From Sedimentisphaerales bacterium (GTDB lineage: Bacteria; Planctomycetota; Phycisphaerae; Sedimentisphaerales; SM23-30): DNA of 64,000 bases. A program made the translations under genes and the position numbers. The stretch lies in NCBI GenBank assembly GCA_963663965.2, contig CAXXFK010000019.1, positions 32,001 to 96,000 of the forward strand, in the 5' to 3' direction. The notes beneath the pieces are model-generated. The model saw only the letters and a list, made by a program, of their open reading frames with translations, made no database searches and was not told the DNA's origin. This document shows, piece by piece, positions 1 through 7,114 of this stretch (positions within the stretch are counted from its first letter, which is position 1; each line of letters begins with the position of its first letter).

Positions 1-757
1 GCTGAATATGCTGTCCTTCGATATAAGGCCTGATCGTTTCGATATCCTTGATTGGCTGCGCCAATTCCGCTTCAATATAAGAGGGTCCGCCATGTGCGGA
101 AATCAGCTCGTTCAGGCTGCCGATCGCCAGCACCTTCCCCATATCCAGTATCAGAATCCGGTCGCAGAGCCTCTGGGCCTCTTCCATGTAATGCGTGGTG
201 TAAAGGATGGTCTTGCCTTCAGCTTTAAATGAATCGATCGTATGAAAAATCGAGTTTCTGGATTGTGGATCGACGCCGGCCGTCGGCTCATCCAGCAAAA
301 TAATATCCGGATCGTGCATCAGTGAACAGGCCAGGTTCAACCGCCGTTTCATCCCTCCGCTGAATTTCGCCGCGGATTGTTTGTCCCGTTTTTGCAGACC
401 GGCCAGTTCCAGGCAATAATCCACCCGCTTTTGTAACGTTTTACCGCTCAGATCATACATGCGGCCGAAAAATTTAAGATTTTCCCTGGCCGTCAGTTCT
501 TCGTAAATGGCCAGCGACTGGGGTACCACCGATAGTCTGGAACGGACATCCATCCTGGACGGATCGGATTTCCCGTTAAGAGTAACCGTACCGCTGTCAG
601 GTTTGATCAGCCCGCATAAAATACTGATAGTCGTGGTCTTACCAGCGCCATTCGGCCCCAGCAGACCGAAAGTAGCCGCCTTTTCCACTTCAAAACTGAT
701 CCCATCCAGCGCCATCTGTCTCTGATAGCTTTTATAAAGGTTCTTGACTGTTATCAT
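1..757 (-). CDS. ABC transporter ATP-binding protein (3' end runs off the window)
   Basis: Manual translation from ATG at 757 gives MITVKNLYKSY..., Walker A GPNGAGKTT, signature FSGGMKRR, Walker B/D-loop LLDEPT and TTHYMEEA. It is missing from the ORF track because there is no stop in the window. Confidence 0.92.
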   Translation of the reverse strand, partial: MITVKNLYKSYQRQMALDGISFEVEKAATFGLLGPNGAGKTTTISILCGLIKPDSGTVTLNGKSDPSRMDVRSRLSVVPQSLAIYEELTARENLKFFGRMYDLSGKTLQKRVDYCLELAGLQKRDKQSAAKFSGGMKRRLNLACSLMHDPDIILLDEPTAGVDPQSRNSIFHTIDSFKAEGKTILYTTHYMEEAQRLCDRILILDMGKVLAIGSLNELISAHGGPSYIEAELAQPIKDIETIRPYIEGQHIQ

Positions 758-869
758 ATCACTATAAGACGCTTCCCGTTTTATGCGGTTACAAACAATT
801 TTCTATCCTTTCAATGCGTATGATTCTACCAATATAAAATTGAACTATCAAGCACTCTCTTTTTTCGGC

Positions 870-1053
870 TTAGGGTCCGTATATAAATAAAAGCTGCATT
901 TATCGCACAGCTTGTCGTCCCATTCAGTCGCGCCGATTGAGCGAAACCGCAGGCAGCGCTGTTCTATGTCGAGGATTTCGCGATTGAGTAACGGCTGAAG
1001 ATGGCGGCAAGTTGGGATGAAAAATGGAGGTGTTATTTATGCCCGGTTCCTAA
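870..1053. mobile_element. Putative MITE (~184 bp, non-coding)
   Basis: Imperfect 21-bp terminal inverted repeats ttagggtccgtatataaataa and ttatttatgcccggttcctaa, with TTA/TAA at the edges and no ORF inside. Confidence 0.6.
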
Positions 1054-1187
1054 ATATCAAATCGCCCAGCCAGACCAATCCCCTTCAGCTGGTGCGGCAT
1101 GGTCCGCGACCCATTTACCGGTAAAGAGGCATTGCCTCATTCATTTGTGATAGTCGGTCAACAAATATTCAGGTTAATATCCGTCCT

Positions 1188-1298
1188 GGAAAAAAATATG
1201 GTAGAAAGCTGACACCCAGGGAAATATTATATGAAGGGGCAGTATTGAGGAGAAGAGTTAACTTGCAGAACGTAAAAGTAATACCCTATGAAGATTGA
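1188..1298 (+). pseudogene. Start-less C-terminal fragment of a putative polymorphic toxin
   Basis: Reads GKKYGRKLTPREILYEGAVLRRRVNLQNVKVIPYED*, ending 17 bp before the next ATG. From memory it resembles the 'GRxLTxxEIL' end of DUF2380-type toxin domains. Confidence 0.4.
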
Positions 1299-1315
1299 GT
1301 AGTAAAAAAATCCTG

Positions 1316-1795
1316 ATGAACAACAATATTGAAGATATGTGGAAACCCAATTGGCGTTTTCGTCTTTATGCAGAAATAAGAAAAAGAGGATATCGTAATC
1401 TGTATGATTTCTTAAGAGATTATCCATCATTAACATATATTAAACTTGCAGACAAGTTAGGCAATTTCTGTGCGATTCAGATTGAATTTATTCAAATAGA
1501 AGAAACGCTAGAAAATAAACAGGAAAAAATATTAGCTATGGATACATTGGTAAGGATCATAAATGCCAGATTAAAAAGAGGGTGGGGAGTGGGATTTCAT
1601 CATAAATATAATGAGGCCGGAGTTTATGCAGATTGGATGACCATTTTTAAATTAAATTCCAATTTTATACATCTACTCGATAAAGTCGAACAGATTTGGC
1701 TGTCTTTAAAAAATAAGCCGCCTCATAAGGGGTGGTTGCCAATTTCAGTAGAAGACGCAATTATTCAAGAGATTTTTGCTGATTGGTCTGATTAA
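1316..1795 (+). CDS. Hypothetical AT-rich protein, putative immunity protein
   Basis: ORF with motifs WxxNWxxRL...RGY...LAxxLG...GW...PPxxGWLP...D. These recall the small proteins found downstream of myxobacterial DUF2380 toxins. Confidence 0.6.
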   Translation: MNNNIEDMWKPNWRFRLYAEIRKRGYRNLYDFLRDYPSLTYIKLADKLGNFCAIQIEFIQIEETLENKQEKILAMDTLVRIINARLKRGWGVGFHHKYNEAGVYADWMTIFKLNSNFIHLLDKVEQIWLSLKNKPPHKGWLPISVEDAIIQEIFADWSD

Positions 1796-1943
1796 CATAA
1801 ATTCTTCAGGTGAGCAATGAATCGCTGGGAATTATGAGGATTTTTAAGGGGTCAGGGATTTTTAAGGTTTTATTTCGAGAGCAATCCTTCGTTAGTCAAC
1901 AGGGCTGGCAACAATAGTTGCGAGAGTATCATTGGCATTAGAG

Positions 1944-2108
1944 AGGCCCGAAGGTCGAAGATCCGCCTCAGGAGGAGCCGGGAGTTCTTAGCCGGGGCCG
2001 GGAGGCCTCGGAAAAGGATGACGAAGGAAAACAGAGCCCTGAAGGGGCGAAAGAAGTTTGTTAAAGATGAACGATTTGAATAAAATATTCTGACGGCCCT
2101 TCGGACCT
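1944..2108. repeat. REP/REPIN-like composite palindromic element
   Basis: Inverted ends aggcccgaagg (1944) and cggcccttcggacct (2094-2108), with internal hairpins ccggggccgggaggcctcgg and gccctgaaggggc. Confidence 0.55.
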
Positions 2109-2122
2109 TACGAATACCATGA

Positions 2123-2296
2123 CCCCGCATTCCGGAGCCTGACGGCGGCGAGTCTCGCACCATCACCGTCACCACCGACGCCGCCGGCCAGTTCACCGCC
2201 GGCCCGCCCGGAACCACCTACCGCCTGACCGCCATCACCCGCAGCGGCTACCGGCTGTTCGCGGAGAACCCCGGCGGCCTGGCCATTATCCCATAA
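2123..2296 (+). pseudogene. GC-rich gene fragment without a start codon
   Basis: Open frame PRIPEPDGGESRTITVTTDAAGQFTAGPPGTTYRLTAITRSGY... with coding-like C-ending codons and an in-frame stop just upstream. The TDxxGxF motif is typical of beta-sandwich surface domains. Confidence 0.4.
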
Positions 2297-2315
2297 ACAT
2301 TTGAAAATCCCACCC

Positions 2316-2340
2316 GTAGAGACGCGATGCCTCGCGTCTC
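2316..2340. repeat. GTAG-type REP palindrome
   Basis: Sequence gtagagacgcgatgcctcgcgtctc: a GTAG tetranucleotide leading into the 9-bp perfect stem gagacgcga/tcgcgtctc. Confidence 0.7.
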
Positions 2341-2441
2341 AATGCCTGCGAGGCGACGAACCTTATCAATCACACGATTATTTATTTTATTCGTAAAACC
2401 AAAAAAATCACCCAAGCCATTATTATATAGTCAGTTACCAC

Positions 2442-2486
2442 CCCATAAGCCCTATAAGCCCCATATGCCTCATAGGTCCTATATAA
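2442..2486. repeat. Degenerate 9-bp tandem repeat (5 copies)
   Basis: cccataagc cctataagc cccatatgc ctcataggt cctatataa. Confidence 0.7.
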
Positions 2487-2545
2487 TTTATAACAAAAAT
2501 TAATCTATAATTTATATATAATTCAACAAAACAATGCAATATTAT

Positions 2546-2574
2546 TTGACATCCATCAAACGCCAGTCTATAAT
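2546..2574 (+). promoter_or_regulatory. Perfect-consensus sigma70 promoter of array locus copy 1
   Basis: TTGACA (2546-2551), 17-bp spacer, TATAAT (2569-2574). The position is conserved in copy 2. Confidence 0.85.
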
Positions 2575-2880
2575 CCCAAAGTCGCCCCAATAGCCCCCGA
2601 ACCCCCGGTGTGCCCCACACCCAACCGGCCACGCCCGCATAACCCCTCTGCGCATAGACCGTGGCGCCTTCAAGCGCAGCTTGTGGGTGCATTCTTGGCT
2701 TGGTGCGATAGCGTACGAACCAGGCCCAACCAGCCAATTTATTTTGGCTGTTTTAACAATACGAATGAAATGGGATATACAAATATGACACAACCCGACA
2801 ACCCAGCCATAAAAGGCTTGAAAAGCCGAAAGTAACTAGCCGGGGTCCGTAAGGCCCCGGATAGCGATTGAAATTTAATA

Positions 2881-3325
2881 TTTAACCCACGCCTCGCAGA
2901 GGCGTACCGCCAGGATTTCGCACCGGAGGCGAAAGATAAAATAACCATGAGCGCAGCGAATACCAACATAAAACGTTGAGCGCAGCGAAATCCCGATCTA
3001 TCGGGAAAGCCAACGATGAAAATAATGACCCTAACCTCAACAACCAAATAAGCTTAACAAAAAATAAAAACTCATCCGCCTCAAGGCGGATACAAATAAT
3101 ATCTCGGAGAGATCAAAAGCGCATAGCCCGCCAATTCATTGGCGGGAATACCCGAACCCGAGTTAGAAAATTTTAAACCCACGCCTCGCAGAGGCGTACC
3201 GACAGGATATCTCGCAAAAGAGATAGATAAAACCAACATGAGCGCAGCGAATACCAATACAAAACGAAACAAACCCAATACATGAAATTTTTTCCATAAC
3301 ATCAATAAAAATTGACTTTAACGAA
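2881..3325 (+). repeat. Repeat-spacer array, copy 1 (2 units: 2881-3093 and 3171-~3325; spacer 3094-3170)
   Basis: Both units share TTTAA(A)CCCACGCCTCGCAGAGGCGTACCGxCAGGAT...AGATAAAA...CATGAGCGCAGCGAATACCAA..AAAACG...AAA(G/C)CCAA. Homologous to the three units at 60603-61346. Confidence 0.9.
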
Positions 3326-3380
3326 ACCCGAAACCATCGGGCCAAAACTTATAACAATCTTAAAACAGGAGGTACCAACC

Positions 3381-4220
3381 ATGTCATCGTCACTAAGAAG
3401 ACTCAGAGCCAACCGTCGTAACGCCCAGAAATCCACCGGCCCCAAAACCCCCGAAGGCAAGGCCATCTCATCCAGAAATGCCATCAAGCACGGCCTCAGC
3501 GGCCAGGACCCCGCCCATCTCATCGTCCCCGGCGAGTCCGAACTCACCTACCTCGAGTTCCGCGCCGCACTCCTGCAAGATCTCAAACCAACGACTTATC
3601 TCCAACGTCACATTGCCGACCAGATCGTCTCGGCCGCCTGGCGACTGGAACGCCTTGGCCGCATCGAAGCCGAAATGATCGACGCCCGCGTCTATCAACT
3701 CCGTCTCACCAACGAAGAAATCCGCAAAGACACCGTCATCGACCAGCCCTTCGCCCACTCCAGCATCTATCTTCCCCGCCACAACGAAGTCGGCGCCGCC
3801 TTCACCCTCGAAGTCCCCGCCTTCAACTGCCTGGCCCGCTACGAAGCCCACCTCAACCGAACCTTCCAGGCCAATCTTAAGCTCCTGCATCAGATGCAGT
3901 TACAACAAAAACCAAACGAACCCAATGCCTACCCGCCAGAGTACCCATTTCCCGATTTACCCCGTATCCACATTCCCGACCCTCCCAGAATCCCCACGCA
4001 CCCCAGCGAAGCCAAATTGGCCCCCGAATACATCAAAGACCGCCTGCCTGAGTTGATGAAAGACCACAGCGTAACTGACGACCAGGTCTTCAGTTACGCC
4101 TGCAACCGCTACGAAGCCCTCAACACCTTCTCCCAGCAGAACGGCGAAGAAGCCCTCCACGCCCTCGGCATCCCTACCAAACCACCCGCCGATATCCCCA
4201 TCCAGGAGGAAAAGAAATGA
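3381..4220 (+). CDS. Conserved hypothetical protein, 'ANRRNAQKSTGPKTPEGK..SSxNAxKHGL' family (copy 1, 279 aa)
   Basis: RBS AGGAGG lies just before ATG 3381. It differs from 59685-60524 at 14 amino acids by manual alignment, plus many synonymous changes. Confidence 0.9.
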   Translation: MSSSLRRLRANRRNAQKSTGPKTPEGKAISSRNAIKHGLSGQDPAHLIVPGESELTYLEFRAALLQDLKPTTYLQRHIADQIVSAAWRLERLGRIEAEMIDARVYQLRLTNEEIRKDTVIDQPFAHSSIYLPRHNEVGAAFTLEVPAFNCLARYEAHLNRTFQANLKLLHQMQLQQKPNEPNAYPPEYPFPDLPRIHIPDPPRIPTHPSEAKLAPEYIKDRLPELMKDHSVTDDQVFSYACNRYEALNTFSQQNGEEALHALGIPTKPPADIPIQEEKK

Positions 4221-4638
4221 CCAGATAAAAAGCCGGCTGACAGACAGTAACTTCAGGAATCATCACGATAGCAATGATGACATCACTTAATCCCTGCGCG
4301 CCTCTGAAGTTAGCTGTTGATAATCTGGGCAATCAATAAATATTGATATTAATGAATGATACAGAAAACAGATGTAAACGAGCGATAAGTACCCGTTGGC
4401 CACATAAATTGTAATCTTATTTTTATCAGTCACTTAGACTGCTGATGAAAATTGGGTTAATCGCGCTGGCGGACATAATGTCAAATTATCTCATGATTTG
4501 AGAAAAGGGATCCGGTGGTCTGAATCTTATAAAATAAAAGTAACCTTTCGTGTTGTCGTATGGTCTTTGGTTTTGTTGCCCAAAGACTCTGTGTGTGTAA
4601 GTCTTTGTGTTTCTAAATCTAATGGAGAGGATTAAAAG

Positions 4639-5319
4639 ATGAAAAAACCGATTCTATCCTGTATGGTCGTTATCATGTTCCTTGCTTCGGGACTTTTGCA
4701 GGCGGCCATTGTCGACATCGTTGCCACCCAGGGCAAAGCCGTTCAATATAAGAACGACAGCGGCGTATGGGTTTCTGAAACCCGGCTCAAAACCCGTACT
4801 GCCGGAACATGGGATGATGACCCGGAACTGAATACCCTGGATGCCAACAAATCCTGGCTGCAATTTGACATTTCCGGCGTAACTGACCCGATTGTCAGTG
4901 CGACCCTGACCATCTATGCCATCACCGATAACAAGTCATATGTTGTCAGCGGCTTGAACGATGGTGTTGATGAAACTTGGAGTGCCGATACCATTGACTG
5001 GTTCTCCGCTCCCGGTAATGACACTGCCAGCGGCACTGCCTTGGATGCCGCTAAGACAGTGGCCCTGTACACCGTCAATCCAACCGTTGGCAATGGCGCC
5101 TACAGCGCCGATGTCACCTCGTTTATCGCCGCCGATACCGATGGCCTGGTCTCTTTCATTCTGACCGCCGGCGGAACCACCTATATCTACAACATACTCG
5201 AAGGCAGCTACTACAACGCGGACATGGTTCCCGTTTTAAGCCTCGAAGTCGTTCCCGAACCCGCCACCCTCATCCTGTTCGGACTGGGCGGCCTGGTCTC
5301 TCTCAGAAAACGCCGTTAA
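4639..5319 (+). CDS. PEP-CTERM sorting domain protein (DNRLRE-like domain)
   Basis: Signal peptide, KSWLQFDIS...SATL motif, and C-terminal VPEPATLILFGLGGLVSLRKRR. Confidence 0.92.
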   Translation: MKKPILSCMVVIMFLASGLLQAAIVDIVATQGKAVQYKNDSGVWVSETRLKTRTAGTWDDDPELNTLDANKSWLQFDISGVTDPIVSATLTIYAITDNKSYVVSGLNDGVDETWSADTIDWFSAPGNDTASGTALDAAKTVALYTVNPTVGNGAYSADVTSFIAADTDGLVSFILTAGGTTYIYNILEGSYYNADMVPVLSLEVVPEPATLILFGLGGLVSLRKRR

Positions 5320-5363
5320 CAAATTCCAAAAGAACCATTTAGTATCTCTAAAGCTTACTCATC

Positions 5364-5399
5364 ACCGGCCATGTGCACAAAAAACACATGGCCGGTTTT
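5364..5399 (+). terminator. Intrinsic terminator
   Basis: 12-bp stem accggccatgtg/cacatggccggt followed by a short T run, between convergent genes. Confidence 0.75.
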
Positions 5400-5446
5400 A
5401 ATTAACAATAATCAGTGGCGATTTAGATTGATTTTTTGAATCAACC

Positions 5447-6052
5447 CTACTTCACCCGCCACCGTAAAATCGTCTTAAGCCGTTCCGGCTCCACCCGGCG
5501 CGGATCGGATAGGTAGATTTCATGATGATGGCCGCTAACTTGCAGGCTGTTGGTCTCAATAAAATTATGCATCTGTTCAATCGCGCGGCCCACCTGGTCA
5601 TACGGTCCCACATGCATAATCTGGACACAGCGGCCCTTGGGTAATTTTTGCAGAACCACCCGATCCACCGCCTCGCTTTTACCCTTGCTCTGGATCGCCG
5701 CGACCGCCTTATTCAGGTCAGATTGTTTTACACAGTCGGGTGTGCGGATCATCATGGCCCAGCGCCATTGCTCCTGGGGGACCTGATCCAGTGTCCGCCC
5801 ATCATCCGAGCACCAGTCGGCTTCCAGCTTCGCCACCACATAATCGCCCAGCCCGGCCGCCTTGCGGGTCATTTTGATCGTAAATGCCATACTGTAAAGC
5901 GCCCCGATAGCCGCCTCAAAATTCTTGCCGCCCGGTGCGCCCTGACCCTCAATTGTCAGGTATTGTGCCGGACTCAATTCGGCCAGAGCCGGCTGACTGC
6001 CGGCCTTGTACTCATCCTTGTATTGCTTGAATAAATCGATCTTTTCGGTCAT
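5447..6052 (-). CDS. GyrI-like small-molecule binding domain protein
   Basis: Motifs YLTIEGQGAP, CVQIMHVGPYD and HHEIYLSDPRR. RBS GGAGG precedes ATG 6052. Confidence 0.85.
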   Translation of the reverse strand: MTEKIDLFKQYKDEYKAGSQPALAELSPAQYLTIEGQGAPGGKNFEAAIGALYSMAFTIKMTRKAAGLGDYVVAKLEADWCSDDGRTLDQVPQEQWRWAMMIRTPDCVKQSDLNKAVAAIQSKGKSEAVDRVVLQKLPKGRCVQIMHVGPYDQVGRAIEQMHNFIETNSLQVSGHHHEIYLSDPRRVEPERLKTILRWRVK

Positions 6053-6108
6053 TGTTGCAGCCTCCATAACAGGTGTTAATTCCATTTCTGAGCGAATCTG
6101 CGCCAGAG

Positions 6109-6975
6109 CTATTCCAGTGGAATAAAGATATCCGTGATCAAGTCCTCAGGTTCGGTATCTTCCGGACTGTTCATATACATCTCGATACTCGGCCGGGACG
6201 CGATCACATATCCCTTTGCGGGTACCCACTGGCCGCATAATTGATTATAGGTCTGGCTCAGCTTTTCATAAGGACCAAAATGGGTGACTCGCGCGTAACT
6301 GCCGCCTTCGGTCTGTTGCAGGTAAACCTCGCCGTCAACCGGACAATCCGGATCAACCGTAATACAGGCGTCATAGCGAATCTTCTCCGGCGGCGTGATC
6401 TCCGGATCATCAAAACACAGCCCGAGAAACTGTATTCCCGGCCGCAATAATCCCTTTGGACCGGCCCAGAGACACAACTTTTCCCAGGCCTTGCCGCACT
6501 CATGATAGGGCCCGACATGCCGGACACACGCCAATTGCATAGGTTCCATTTCGATAATGTCAACTTTCATTGTACCTGCCTCGATAGTAAAGTGTATGGT
6601 CTTATGGTTATTCGCATCCAACAGCGAATAGTTTTCCCGATAGTCTCTGGGAGCCATCCCGAACATGCCATTAAACGCGCGGGTAAAGGCCTCATGGGTG
6701 TCATAACCCGCCTCCAGGGCAATCTGGGTGACTGAAAAAGCACTGCTTTTCAAACGGCTCGCGGCCCGTTCCAGCCGCAGCCGCCGGATATACTTTTTCA
6801 GCGGCTCACCAATCATGCCATGAAAGATCCGGTGAAAATGATAACTCGAAAAACAAGCCACTCCCGCCAGTTCTTCCAGTGAAATCTCCTCATCCAGATG
6901 CGCCTCGATATAATTCAAGACCGTCATCATCCGGCGGGCATAATCTTCCCGGGTAGTCTGTTTCAGTGGTTTCAT
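6109..6975 (-). CDS. AraC family transcriptional regulator with C-terminal GyrI-like effector domain
   Basis: N-terminal HTH (LEELAGVACFSSYHFHRIF; IALEAGYDTHEAFTRAF) and C-terminal RHVGPY...RYDAC...HFGPY. Confidence 0.92.
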   Translation of the reverse strand: MKPLKQTTREDYARRMMTVLNYIEAHLDEEISLEELAGVACFSSYHFHRIFHGMIGEPLKKYIRRLRLERAASRLKSSAFSVTQIALEAGYDTHEAFTRAFNGMFGMAPRDYRENYSLLDANNHKTIHFTIEAGTMKVDIIEMEPMQLACVRHVGPYHECGKAWEKLCLWAGPKGLLRPGIQFLGLCFDDPEITPPEKIRYDACITVDPDCPVDGEVYLQQTEGGSYARVTHFGPYEKLSQTYNQLCGQWVPAKGYVIASRPSIEMYMNSPEDTEPEDLITDIFIPLE

Positions 6976-7048
6976 GGCTGCATTATACCCCTTCAAGAAT
7001 AGGCTGCTTGATATTTTTTGCTAAAATAACCACATTGTCGCTGCCAAT

Positions 7049-7077
7049 AAAAAACCCGCGGCGTAACTACCGCGGGT
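7049..7077 (-). terminator. Intrinsic terminator after the GH92 gene
   Basis: Stem acccgcgg/ccgcgggt preceded by an A6 run on + (U run on -). Confidence 0.7.
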
Positions 7078-7114
7078 GATTGCAGTTGAATTCAATCTGA
7101 TGGAAAAATGTCTT

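Noticed and set aside
2881..3325. CRISPR array interpretation of the repeats (also 60603-61346)
   Set aside because: Repeats are about 190 bp and degenerate, spacers are 76-99 bp and palindromic, and there are no cas genes in the window.
2608..3345. Small ORFs in the array leaders (e.g. 2608-2835, 2739-3047, 61390-61617)
   Set aside because: They lack an RBS, overlap hairpins, and frames are mostly not kept between units. Similarity between copies is explained by DNA identity. A short leader peptide is not fully excluded.
3861..3990. Diversity-generating retroelement (TR/VR pair) behind the variable patch
   Set aside because: Substitutions are not confined to adenines (e.g. acc/atc, gcc/gtt, ctg/ctt) and there is no reverse transcriptase in the window.
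4258..4300. Possible conserved right end after the 279-aa gene (aatcatca..gcaatga.., compare 59605-59646)
   Set aside because: The similarity is too short and gapped to call from two copies.
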